NCBI GenBank assembly: GCA_977016875.1
Contig: CDRNST010000038.1
Location: forward strand, 1,550,001-1,614,000
DNA: 64,000 nucleotides
Direction of reading: 5' to 3'
DNA from: Pavona decussata
Taxonomy: Eukaryota
The notes beneath the pieces are model-generated. The model was not told the origin of the DNA, did not search any database, and saw nothing but the letters and a program-made list of their open reading frames with translations. Both the position numbers and the translations under genes were made by a program. Shown here one piece after another: positions 35,007-47,393 of the stretch. Within the stretch, counting starts at the first letter, position 1, and every line of letters starts with the position of its first letter.

Positions 35007-36287
35007 GTAATGACTGTACACGTGACGACTGTATTTGTTGCACCCGACTTTTTCTCGAACTTTAAAATTGTCGTCTCCACCACACACAATCAAAAGATTT
35101 GTTACCTCCATAGAGAACTATTTTTAGCTTTGAGAGATACGAATTTACTGGCCGCTTAGTTTTAAAATGATCAAGTTTCTGCTCCTGAGTAGCGTGACAA
35201 GTCACTTCATGTGAAATGTCCGGCCACACACGGCAATTGAGAGTATTCCGATGACATGTGCACTGCCTTTGTACAGGATACTTAGTGATAAGACACTCAA
35301 TTTTCACAAGAATGCATTATAATCCTGCCAATTTACGAACAACGCAAGATTGTGGTTACATGAGATTACATCAGACAGAATAAAACGCAAATTTGACGAA
35401 ATACAAATAACATTGTTGACTGGAGGGATGAATGGCATATTTGTGGCATGTAAAAATGTTTGGTCTTTTAGGCGAGAGAGCTAAAGTCAACTGAAAATTG
35501 GACTGCCAGGAGAAAAACCACTCGTGGCAAGGACGAGAACCGACATATAATGCAGTCTAGCCTAGGAATCGAACCCGGGTCACATTGATGGGTGACGAGC
35601 GCACAGTAGTGCGTCATTCCTTTAGAAACTGAAACTCTACCACGCAGGCATTTTAAAAAGTGGGTGAGTCCAAAAAAATTCTTCGGAGGATACTCAGAAA
35701 ATAAAACAAGAAGACGTCTACGCGTAGCCTGGCAGAAGGATAAAATCGTTTGGCTGTGTTTTGCTTTGTTTTGTTTTTGCACTTGCGTTCCAAGTATTTC
35801 GTTTTGGGTTGCGTTCCAAATATTTCCCATTTTGGCTCCGTGTCAATAATTTGATTAATTAATAAGCCGTGCTTTTGTGGGATGTCATAAGAAAAGTCAA
35901 CAAAGCTCGTTGACAAATTTAGTTCAGCTGCAGTTCGCTTTGTAAGAAAGAACTCGTCCAAATCATGGTAATTGAGAAAATACTTTAATGAACTGCAACC
36001 GCACTTTCCTACCTGGTGTATCTCCGTCGAAGATGTTGGTAAAAAGCACCATTTGTGACTCGTCATTAATATTGTATTCATGACACGATGTTAATCTGAC
36101 AGAACGGTAGCGACAACAAAGTAAATATCTTTTTCTAGCCTTCTGACGTCATTTTCTCTGAACTCTTGTTCATTCCGCGCAGCCGGATAACGCGGTCTGT
36201 CTTGTAATTTAGCACGCCGCTTGGCTGGGCAAAGTAGAAAAATGTCCCTGCAAATTGTACATGTCCTCTTCGTTCTTTGTCTTTCAG

Positions 36288-36326
36288 CCGCGATAACTTC
36301 GTCAGCTACAACAATAACAGTGAATG
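36288..36326 (+). CDS. Mucin-like protein, small S/T-rich exon (AITSSATTITVN)
   Basis: TTTGTCTTTCAG acceptor, GTAAGT donor, phase 1-1. Confidence 0.6.
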
Positions 36327-38006
36327 GTAAGTGGTAGTATGCCTAACCTGGTTAGTCCACAATCGATAAATTTCCTCGTGGTAGACTGGACCAATCTGCC
36401 GATTGTGAAGGTGACTTTCCAATGACATTCTTTACTACAATTACCAGAATCCCCTTCGTTTCCATTCATATTTAAATTTTGTGATCCCAGTGAGGTCGTT
36501 TCGAGAACGACCTCCCTAATTTGCAAGAGAAAACATCAAGCTGAAGGATCGATTCTGGTAGTTGAAGTAAATGACGCCATATGTAGGGAAATGTCCTATT
36601 GCGTGCTCAGTTGGCTTGTTTTAAAAGTGTATGTAAAGCTCGCACACACACATACAAACCGGCGGAAATGGCCATCAAAACGATTGAGTCTGTTTAGATG
36701 TTAGAGTCGCAGTTGTATTCTGTAGGAACTAGTATCTTAGCTGTTTTCTTTGCCTATTTTCTTTACCGCTTCAGAAACTCGCTGAATTTTAATCCGCTTT
36801 ATATGATGCTATGCGGAAAGCGCCGTATGCGCGCCATGTTAGGATAGCCTGCGGTATACGTGTAGCTTATAAAAAGGCTCTGAGGAGGGAGACATATGCC
36901 ATGGTGTATGTCGAAGCGGAAACAACAAGGCGCGGAGCGCTGTGTTTTCTTCTCGCGCGTTGCCGTCTCAATTTTGTTTGAGGGGAATGAAGAAAAAAAT
37001 CACTGGGACATGGGAGAGGGAATAGAGCGCAGGAAAAATGAACTCCGAGCGAAGGCAACCGAATGCGCAGACAAGAGGGCGACCTTTCGCCGTCTCCATT
37101 TTGCGTTCGACTTAACTCACTCGGCGATTTTTCGTGTCGCCGATCGTCGCCTTTTCTGCTTTCTATAACAACAGTCTGGGGTTAAGCAATCAATGATATT
37201 ATTTAGGTCTAAGGACCTCTCTATACTATTTTAAGGGTTAACAACTGATTATACAGACAGTTAGCCTTTAGTTGTTGTTATGGCAGACATTTGACATCAC
37301 AGAACAGTCTATGGATTCGGGGTATTTTGCAGAACACCGAACGCAGAAAATGTTTCGTTCTTTCTAAATACATTTGGTCTTTGCCAGCGTGGCTTAGACT
37401 GAGAATATGGCTGGGTCTTGTTCCTCTCAACAATTATGGTTTTTGACAAGAAAGAATCATGTTTTTGTCATTACCAAGATATTAGAAATATTTTTTTTTA
37501 GTAACTTCGACGCAGACAGCTTACGCAGGGCGAAAATACTACTTGGCCAGTTTTACTGCTCGATCGTCGGAAAATTTCATTCCAGCTATATTTGCAATTT
37601 GCAGCCCACATGTGAGAGTGTTAACGCCCATATGGATTGTAATTATGTGCATGCTGTCTATTTGTTTTCACGCGAGACCTAAATAAATCTTGCTCACAGG
37701 CTATGCGTTCAGTGTATTTACAATTAAATCGTCACAGCATACAGCAGTAGTGTCGAAAAGTGGAGGCGAGAGTAAGACGAGAAAGTCGTCCAAACTTTGC
37801 TCGGCATAAACACAAAAAAACCGAGAATTGTGAGTGAATATTTCACAAGGTATTTGACTTTGCACCAGTTGTTTTCATCTGTTGTCTTTAATTCTTCTAG
37901 TAACGGTGAAACGCGTTAAACGTTTTTATGAGATTTGTCTGGAGCAGTATGCAAAGGTCACTTGTAGACATTAGGGTCAAGGCACAGATGGACTGTTTGT
38001 TGATTA

Positions 38007-38020
38007 GTTTCCATAGCAAC
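38007..38020. promoter_or_regulatory. RFX X-box (GTTTCCATAGCAAC) inside the mucin-like gene
   Basis: Near-perfect X-box; lies about 180 bp after a possible alternative non-coding exon ending at the GTGAGT donor (37830). Confidence 0.45.
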
Positions 38021-40689
38021 TGTCAAAGGAAACAGTGACCGAGACAACAGTGAACACTGAAATTATTATTGTAAAATAAAATAAATAGAAAGCCGCGAAG
38101 AACAGACTCTCGAGCATTGGCAACCAAACCAAATCTCTAAATGCCGTGTTCGATACATTTAATGCTCTACGTTCGCTTCAAGACGTACCTGCGCTCTCGA
38201 TCCTCTCTCTGAAAGAAAAGAAAACGGCTGTCGACACTACAAATAAAGACTTATAAATACCTGCCAATAAAAACAAAAGGAAGTGGGTATTTCCTTTCAA
38301 CCAAAGCGGGAGTTTGACCTTGCACACGGAAATTGTATTTTAACTGAGAAAAGTTGGCGAAACCTTTGACGCATAAGGGTCTAAAATTTGCACAGATTAC
38401 CTACAAAGGGCAAAGTCTATTCAAAAACGATTAACTCGCCAGCCTCCTTCCCTCACCGTCTGCTAACTGAACCTAGGCATTCTTGATAACTTGCGCCCGC
38501 AGCAAGCATTTCCGATGGTTTCACCGCTTGGTTTCAATTCATCTCGTGGGCGCACGCAAGCAAAAATCGATCATGATTGAACATGATGCCCCTCGGGTAC
38601 TACTAACACCATACTGTAAACACACGGAGACATACGGGTACAAATGTACTACAACGCACTCATATGGAATCATACGGTCCATACGAGTAAAGATAATAAA
38701 TTTGTGATCACTCATGTGATCACTCATGTGTCCGTTTATGTATGTACCTGAGTGTTCCGAGTTTAAGGTATAGCCAACAGATTCACGCCGTCGCTTCCTG
38801 GGGAGTTGTATCCCCTATTTAAGCTATAAAGATATGTGCGGCTCCAAAAATGTTGGTTTTCCGGCCTAGGCTGAATGTTCTTATTTTTCTGCCGATTTTA
38901 AGCTGAAAATATTCCTGTATTATTCTTAAATTATAGCTTACGACATTTCCGTTTTAGAATGTATTGGGGGTATCAATATCAAAGAAAGAATTTATCATGG
39001 TACTTTTTGGGGTTTAGTTCATTTCTTTTGTGCTTTATACTGTACATATGTATTGCATGTACCGTTCATCGAACTGTCATTAGCATTGAACATTTGGCTA
39101 TAGCTAGTGCAGGTTTTTTTTTTTTGTTTTCCTGGCTAGTTTGCCGTTTAGAGAAAGGAATAATTTTATACGGTTAAGTTAAAAACATATAATTGTATTG
39201 TATTTGCAGATTTTCAACACACAAATATACCTTTTCAAAATCTCAGCCCCGGGTTTATTCTTAAAATATTCTTAAAATTTCGCAAATGTCAGCCTCGATA
39301 TTCTTATAAAATATATTCTTATAAAAAAAAAGAGTGTAGCCTCCGCTATATAAGCTATATAGGTTACTGGATCATTGTATAATGCAATTCCCGGGATTTG
39401 ATTGGCTTAGCGGCCATGGTATATGAGCCATTATACCATGCCCGAGAAGTAGCGACCATAAATTGTTTTCTGGCTGCTCTTGAAAAGGAAATCAGCAAGA
39501 CCTACCAATGTTTCTTGATTGTTTTTAATAAAACAATTTATACACTCGCGCTTGTTGGATATTAGATGATCTATCATCTCATATCCAACGCGCGCTCGTG
39601 GAATAATTGTTAAATATATGTGCGGCGCCTAAGGGAATTGTTTTTGAGTCGTTTTGGCCTAAAATAGGGTATCATAACAATGTAGATCTGAAAGTCTAAA
39701 TATGGGGTTGGATTTTAGAGCCAGGGGCACGATTCACAAAACCCTCTTAAGTTAATATGTCTCCTAGTAATGTGTTTCTTGACAAAAGTCTATTGTTGGA
39801 CTGGCAATAGACTATTGTTATACTTAAGATATATCGTAACTTTTAAAAGCATTGTTTCATAACAACAGCCTATTGTGTAGCACAACAATAGACTTTTGTC
39901 AAAAGCCAGAACAATAATTAGGATGTATCTTAACTTAGCACGGCTTCATGAATCTAACCCCAGGTCTGAAACAGGGGGCCAGGAAATTATTTTTTTTTGT
40001 CTGAAATAGGGTCAGGATTTGGAAAACCGAGCCGCCCCTCCCCCCACCCACCAAAAATACCAAAGAGTAACCCGCCCCCCGCCCCCCCCCCCCCCCCCCA
40101 CCGGGTTCTAGACATGACCGTTTGATTTGATCGTAACTCGATACCACATAGCTTCCCATTTAGTCCTTTATAGGGCAGTCTACAGGTCCTCTTTTTTGGA
40201 CCTGGCCTCTAAAATTCATACTCATACCCAAAATAGTTTTGCCGGATAGGTTGTCGGAGACTTCGGGATTCCTTGCGTGACTAGTATAGTTAGCTTTCTA
40301 AAGAGTTTAAACAATTTGCGACAGTGATTGACACTTCAAGTGATTAGCACTTAGTAACGACCAATCAAATTGTACAATACAGGTAGTATTAAGTTAGCGA
40401 CGCTGTTTACAAGCGATTAGAGTAGCTCTTCACACACCCGCTGCATGTAAGAGTGAATACGAGAAGCCATTAAAGCTCAGTCGAGTGTATTGATTGAGTT
40501 CAGGTTCCTAGTAAACGGGGCAAAGTTTACGAAAAGGTAGAAGACCGTCACAGTTATTTATGCGACTTATAAGCAGCTGCGAAAAGGAAGAATGAAAGAA
40601 TTACAGGCCAAGAGAGGATCAAGGGATCCTCTCTTGTTACAGGCTTAAACGGGATTGCCATTACGAGCTGGTTAATGGTTAGGAGTGTT

Positions 40690-40893
40690 AGTTTGTAAAG
40701 AAAGTGTGATGCTGCGTCGGTGAGGAGTAGAAACGAATGTTTTGTCTATCAACAGAGTTGATTATAAAGGTAAATTGACCACCGTAACGAGATTCACTCT
40801 TACGTAGGGCTAACCCTCGAAGCGTCAGCATTCGAATCTCTTTACGCTGACCAATTTACCTTTGGTTATCAACTCTGTTGATAAACCAAACGT
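40690..40893. mobile_element. Penelope-like terminal remnant: inverted arms around a decayed hammerhead
   Basis: TATCAACAGAGTTGAT..AAAGGTAAATTG / CAATTTACCTTT..ATCAACTCTGTTGATA; core CTCTTACGTAGGGCTAACCCTCGAAGCGTCAGC is related to 1727-1760. Confidence 0.65.
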
Positions 40894-41003
40894 TTGCTAG
40901 TAAACAGCGTTTTCTTCCTAGCATGGTATAATTTGACAAATCCATGATATGGACAGTCGTGTATAAACGTTTATCAACAACTTATTTATTAGCAAAGATG
41001 TTG

Positions 41004-41292
41004 AGAATGACGTGTTATTCAGTGAATGACACAGGCATACTCCAATCAGGGTGTCGAACCCAAGATCTTCCGGTTTCTAGTTCGGATGCTCTGCCACTAG
41101 GGTACAGGAGACTCGTAGGAGAGTCTCCTTTAATTTACCTCCGTGGTAGAGCAGAAAGGTCTTAGGTTCGACTCCTGATAAGATAGCACACGGATTTCCT
41201 TTTACCGAGTATTCCTGTGTCACTCACTGAATAATACATCATTTTCATTTATTCTGCCAGGCTTAAAATATACCATCGTTTTTCAGTCCCAA
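41004..41292. mobile_element. Family A palindromic copy: two back-to-back tRNA-like heads, 11-bp TSD
   Basis: Reverse-strand head ~41045-41112, forward partial head ~41140-41180; CAAAGATGTTG at 40993 and 41293. Confidence 0.7.
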
Positions 41293-41549
41293 CAAAGATG
41301 TTGCTACGTGATCCAGTCATGTTGATGAAAATGAAAGCATTTACCTGTCAGGATAAGAAATGGATTTTCTAACGGACAAGCTTTCGAGCTACGTAACATT
41401 TTGTCATGTGACTATCACCCCCTTGAGTCACGTGACAAACAAACCCAATCGAAGGTTTCATGGAGGAATCGAAAACTTGTCCGTTACAAAATCCATTTCG
41501 GATTTTGATCTGAGTTTTCAATTTAAACAACTATTTATTTTACGTTCAG

Positions 41550-41909
41550 TAACACCGATACCGACACCGACATCGACATCGGCACCGGCACCGACACCGA
41601 CACCGACACCGGCACCGACACCGACATCGGCACCGACACCGACACCGGCACCGGCACCGACACCGAGTGCTACTGTGTCTGCATTCCCCAACGTGACAGC
41701 TCCGAATTCCACAGCTCAGACCACAGGATTACCAACTTCGTCCATACCTCCTGCTGTGTCTACACCCAGTTTAGCCGGTGGTGATTCATCATCATATCAA
41801 AGCGCTCCACCCGCTTCACCTACAAACGTTGAAACGAAGAGTGCCCAATCACCTACTGTACGACATTCTGCTGCCCCAGCAACTGATGTCCAATCACCAT
41901 ATGTATCAG
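41550..41909 (+). CDS. Mucin-like protein, Pro/Thr/Ser/Ala-rich exon with (PT/PA)n hexamer repeats
   Basis: ORF 41360..41941; TTTTACGTTCAG acceptor, GTATGA donor, phase 1-1; N-glycosylation sequons NVT and NST. Confidence 0.8.
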
Positions 41910-42060
41910 GTATGAAACGTTTCAGGGTTTCTTTTTGTTAAAGTAGTAAGCCTTTTGTTTCCATCGGTGACAAAACTTGACAAGCTCCACATAAAGTTTC
42001 CTCTGAGACAGTTCTCTGTACTTCACTCCTTCGATCTCCCTTTAAAGGCAGATAGTTCTA

Positions 42061-42458
42061 CGGTGCCTACTTTTGTTACTGCGCATTCGGTCTGCGCATC
42101 TCGAGATACTCGGGTTTCCTAATAGGTGGTGCCTACTACTCCAGGGATATTTTTGCGCGGTTTAAAACTATGCGGAGAAAGCAGAACTTAGCAAGTGCTC
42201 TTGGTATCCCAAAACAAAATTGGGGGTACCCATGCATTGTTCAGAGATCATAAAACTTCAATTTGGACAAAAAACGCCATACATTGCTTTATATTTTACG
42301 GCTTTTTAGAATAATTGTTGCTTAATTATCTCTAAAAAATGCGTGGTTACCCCAATTTTTTTCTTTTTTAGATTTCAATAGCCCTTGCTAAGAACTGCTT
42401 TTCCCACACAGTCATGAACTGCGCAAAAATACTTCTGTATTAGTAGGCACCGTCCTTA
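42061..42458. mobile_element. MITE with CGGTGCCTAC / GTAGGCACCG termini (TTAA-target, Kolobok-like, left end truncated)
   Basis: Terminal and internal inverted repeats (AAAGCAGAACTTAGCAAG / CTTGCTAAGAACTGCTTT). Confidence 0.65.
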
Positions 42459-42518
42459 AGGATGGAGACCTGGAATGAACTCTCTAATTCCCTATATCAA
42501 CTTACACGTTCTCCTCAG

Positions 42519-42626
42519 TACATCAGAGCGTTCCACCTTCTGCATCCTTTCAAACGAGGGCCCAATCGACAAGTGTCCCATCACCTGCTGTCCAATCATC
42601 TGGCGTCCAACCACCATCTGTAACAG
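42519..42626 (+). CDS. Mucin-like protein, exon derived by duplication of the previous exon's 3' part (HQSVPPSASFQTRAQSTSVPSPAVQSSGVQPPSVT)
   Basis: TTCTCCTCAG acceptor, GTATGA donor, phase 1-1; downstream intron start is homologous to 41910-41995. Confidence 0.7.
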
Positions 42627-43019
42627 GTATGAAACGTTTCAGGGTTTCAGTTTTAAAAAAAACAGAAGCCTTGTTTCCATCTGTAACAACGCTTGACAAC
42701 TTCCACATAAATAGAAAACATCCCAAATTAAACCAACTGCACTAATTTAGGGGGGCGACCCCGTACCGTTCCAGACGTGGTCTGTGATTGGAGAACGAAA
42801 CAATAGGTAATAGGATAAAAACAATAAATCCTCCGCTGAGAACGATAGCGGCTACAGGATATAGGGACCAGTAAAAATAGAGATCTGGGAGAGCTACGGT
42901 ACTACCGATTTAGATTTGGTCCTCGATGCTTCACTTCTTTGATCTCCCTCTAAAAACAGACAGTTCTCAAGAACGGAGACATGGATTAAATCTTCTAATC
43001 TCAGGACAGAGTAAATAAA

Positions 43020-43240
43020 ATAGAATAAATAAATGGGAATTTCAGTGGCACATCCACAGAGTGGCTACTCGTCCACTGTTTCCAGGTTGGTTTTTGTGGA
43101 GGGAGGAAAAACGGAGTACCCGGAGAAAAACCCTGGAAGCAGGGACGAGAACCAACAACAAACTCAACCCACATCTGGCGTCAACTCCGGGAATCGAACC
43201 CGGGCCACATTGATGGGAGGCTAGTGCTCTCACCACTGCG
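43020..43240 (-). mobile_element. tRNA-derived SINE; fragment also at about 35510-35612
   Basis: Reverse complement GCAGTGGTGAGAGCAC..GGGTTCGATTCCCGG head plus body GGTTTTTCTCCGGGTACTCC. Confidence 0.8.
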
Positions 43241-43934
43241 TATCCGCTTACGTATTCTCGCTCAGTTTCTCTACATATTTCTCGTATTGTTAGAAACGGA
43301 GAGTTCGTTTAGGGGCGCTTTCCATTTGCTAGAACCGGTCAAACCGGTCAGTTCGTAAACGGAATTTACCAATTTTGAAGGCTAAGTTTTGTTCTAGTCC
43401 TTCGAATTTGTTCAAAATAGCGCGTAACAAAATCGGAGTGATTATTTTTTAAGAGTTTGCAGCACCTTCCCTTCAAAATGACGCATTGGATTTACAGACT
43501 GACCAGCCTGGTCGGCCAAGTTTCAAGACATTTCATTTATAATGATCATTTCCTTTATTCTCATTACCTCTATGTTTGATCAACTTGTGATATTTTGAGA
43601 AGAGGTTAAACCCTGGTCATGGGCTTGGATTATATCCTGCTGCGCCTCTGTCTTCTGTTAGAGCAGTCGTACTTTATTTCCTCAGATCTCGTGCGCAAAG
43701 GGACGGTTAAGTAATTTTAATCAGAAAAGTGAACGCGGAGGGATTTTGAAGAGGCTTCCTCCTTCGCTCCGCGACCGCGTTTCTATCGGCTCGCGGGGAG
43801 ATACATCGCGTGCTACAGAAATTAGGAGAAGAGATTGCTTGTAGTCTAGTACCCAGTCTGATTCATTTTCCTTTGAGAAAGATACACAGAACTGTTGCCT
43901 GTTTTACTTCAGTCCATCACTTTATCTCACGTAT

Positions 43935-44193
43935 GACAGACAGTAGGATCCGGACAAACAGTAGCACCTGGACAGACAGTATGACCCGGACGGACAGTAT
44001 GACCCAGACAGACAGTATGACCAGACAGACAGTAGCACTCGGACAGAAAGTATGACCCGGACAGACAGTAGCACCCGGACAGACAGCGTGACCAGACAGA
44101 CAGTATGACCCCGACAGACAGTATAACCCAGACAGACCGTGTGACCAGACAGACAGTAGCACTCGGACAGACAGTAGGACCCGGACAGACAGT
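43935..44193. repeat. ~18-bp minisatellite (GACCCGGACAGACAGTAT-like, about 14 units) in the last intron
   Basis: Direct reading; degenerate units with indels and no unique spacers. Confidence 0.85.
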
Positions 44194-44252
44194 GGGGAGT
44201 TCACAGCGCTAAGATCAATGCCTTTGTACTGACCGTTCATTTTTGTCTGTAG

Positions 44253-44707
44253 CGACTGTAGGGCCCACTGGGCCAAGCAGCAACACCACAACCCGCAGTC
44301 CAGGTACCAAATCGCCTCCAAGCAAGAAACCTTCACCAATAGGACCACTTGAAATAGTGGGATCTTGTCTAGCCGCTGTCGTTTTTCTCTTGGTCATATC
44401 CTTTGGTGTTTACTACGTCGGTTTCCGGGAGCGGTCGCACCCAGAGGTCTGGACCGAGCTGGGGCCAGGATCTCCGCCACCTGGACCAGATGAAGCTGCA
44501 GCAGAGGTGGCAGCGGTGACAGCAGCGGCGGCAGGTCCGAGAGACAAGGTACCGGAAGTTAGCGTTGTGGACGGTCCTGGTCTCACAGAGAAGGTGCCAT
44601 CAGATGAAGATCCCGACAGGAAAATGGAAAACGGAGGAAATACGGAACACAAGCAAGAAGGGGACGGCTTCGACAATGTCGGTTTTTCTGAAGACAGTGC
44701 CTTGTAA
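44253..44707 (+). CDS. Mucin-like protein, last exon: stalk, transmembrane helix (IVGSCLAAVVFLLVISFGVYYVGF) and acidic tail ending GFDNVGFSEDSAL*
   Basis: ORF 44243..44707; TTTTTGTCTGTAG acceptor, phase 1; single hydrophobic helix followed by RER. Confidence 0.85.
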
Positions 44708-47334
44708 GGAAGAGTAACTGACACTCTAAGCCTTTGACTTTCTCAGGTGAAAAAGGCTCAGAATTCATGTTGGAAATTGTGGAAACAGGACAATGATAGG
44801 AAAATTAAAGAATGCTAAAAAAAGCTTTTTTTATGAATGATCATACATTCGCAGACAACAAGTTTACAACCTTGTATAACACAGTATGTATTAACGTATA
44901 AACAAAATATACGCAAGAAATGGTTTACACTTCAACTGCCCCCAAGTTTTCGGCGCGGATGTAGAATTTCAGGACAAGATACACGAGGGAGGTATAGTAA
45001 GTGTACTTTATTGTGGTATCACAGAAGCGGAATTGTAAAAAGAATATAAAAAAATGAGATCGAATACTTCAAAGTCCAATCTTCACATTTTAACTTCTTA
45101 ACAAACCAATAACTAATTGGCAAAATTTGCTTCTGTGATATCACAAAAAGGGGTTTTGATCTACCACTAGATAATGCAATGATTTATTAACTTTGAACAC
45201 TTGTCAAGCTGAGAACTTGGACACGAAAAGTGACTTTCGTAATTCCAAATTAAGGGCCTCCACAGACGAGGCAAGCTGTCGGCGATAACTTTTAAGTTGT
45301 CGATAACAAAAAGTTATCAAATGACAAAACATCTCGTGCGTGAATCAAGTTATCGACTACAAATCGTCAAAAATATCGCATTGAGAACAAAATAGTTTTC
45401 CTTTTCAAAAGGAAAACTACTTAAGTTGTCGACAAGAAATGCGGCAGTTTTGTTATCGACAACTCAGTGCTTTATCCCGTTTATGAGTAAATCATCAATT
45501 ACTTAAGTTTATTTTTGCAGCGGCCGCCATTTTCTGCACGATGTACACACGTGCATTACAAGCAAGTTTCCAGGCTCCCTCATAACATACAGGCTATCGA
45601 CAACTTAATCGACAACTAAACTTTTCGTGTGTGGAAACGCATTTCCTGCAAGACAGGATCTTACAGCGTGCTACGATGCAGAAACTAGAAAACCAAGCTG
45701 AAAATATTTTTATTTAAGAAATATTTTTATTAGTCCACTATGTTTGTAAAAACATCGGACTGTTTATCATGAAATGAGCATTAGAAGAACTTTTATAATA
45801 TTATCATTACGGGATTTCTAGTACAATAAGGGATCTTACAGCGTGCTACGGAATTTATAGTGCAATGCGGATTTTTACAGCGTAATACAGGTTCAGGTAC
45901 AGTGTAATAACGTGGTGTATTTTACATGTTTTACTGTCCTAATTTGATAAAATTACATAATAAAGGAATAACAAAAGGAAAGTTCTTGTTCCTGAGTAGC
46001 TTCAGTAATTTGAACAACCTTGTGAAACATAATAATTTGTATCAACACGGAGAATATTACGTATATCAGATCCTCGCTAAACAACTTTGAAATAACTTTA
46101 ATTAAAGGTACGAAAAAGTCAATGATTTTGATGGAGGAACTGGTACAAGCATAATAAATTGTTTATTTTCACAACTATCGAAAAAATTCAATAATTTCTG
46201 AGCACAGAATCGAACTTTTATCCTTGCCTTTCTTAGCTGTCTTGTACCAGTTAAGGTAAATTACTATTAGTATAAATTGTTTCCATTTTTTGTGGAAAGT
46301 TTTCCAGCATTTTCTGGTTGTACCGAGTCACGTGACCTAATCTGCATACGTCATGTATGACAACTTGAAATTTGTAAACCTTGAGGTCTGTTAAAATCTT
46401 ACGAAATTAGGACAAAAACCGTACAAGATAGACCACCACCTGATTTTTTGGGCGAAATAACTACCCGATCCATGCCTTAATTTTCTTGAGCTTTAAAAAA
46501 TTACTGAAAAGTTTGGAACCCTTCTGCATACCGCACACGCGTAAAAGGAACCCATTTTGGACAGGACCTAACCCCCCCTACCTCCCCCCCCCCCCGCCCC
46601 GATTTTCGTGGTCAGGCCCGAGTACTTCGGACAAGAATTAACTGCTGGATTGTGGGGGAAACACTTAAGTAACCATGAATTGCCCTAAACCGATGTTTTG
46701 ATAGACGGTGTCGCCGCAAGATTCATTATCAGTTGCAATAGCCCAAAACTGTTCCAATAGTTTATGAACATTCTGGTTGTAACCTAAAATTGCTCTTACA
46801 ACATCAGGAAGAAAATAACAAGGTTTTTCTCCTAGGAAGAACAAACTGTGGTCAGTTTTTAGTGACAGTCTACAAAATACACAGGAATAACTTGAAAAAG
46901 TTGGCCAATCCATTTCTATCCTAGCCATCCGCAGCCAAACATAATCAATGCTAGTTTCTGTGCACTAGTGGGGTTATTGTTAACAAACCTCAAACAATAT
47001 TTTAACGATTCCATTGAAACAAATACGTTTTTGGGCTATTCATAGTGACATTAAAAATTGGTGATACTGGCCCTTTAAAATTCAGCCTGCGAGGCTCCGG
47101 GAAATAAGCCCATATAAACTCTACAATTTATTTCCCGGAGCCTCGAAGTAACGTTGTTGTTTCAGGCTGAATTTTAATATATCGAAATTGGGCTATTTAA
47201 AAGAAGCAAGAAGTAGCTGACAACCGTGCACGAAAACCTGCTGGTATACGTTGGATCAAAATAAATCTGATCGGCTATTAAAAATATAATAAAGAAAAAG
47301 AAGCCGACACGACGTAGAGTTAAATTGATTAAGT

Positions 47335-47382
47335 AGTGAACAATATTTCGGCTGGCAAATACTAGCCTTCTTCAGGTACAGT
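47335..47382 (-). ncRNA. Minimal type I hammerhead ribozyme with an intact core
   Basis: Reverse complement TGTAC-CTGAAGA-AGGCTAG-TATTTG-CCAGCC-GAAA-TATT-GTTCA: CUGANGA, stem II, GAAA, palindromic stem III, imperfect stem I. Confidence 0.65.
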
Positions 47383-47393
47383 GGAAAATACAA

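Noticed and set aside
43935-44193. Minisatellite as a CRISPR array or coding mucin repeat
   Set aside because: No spacers; indels shift the frame and a stop occurs at 44053-44055
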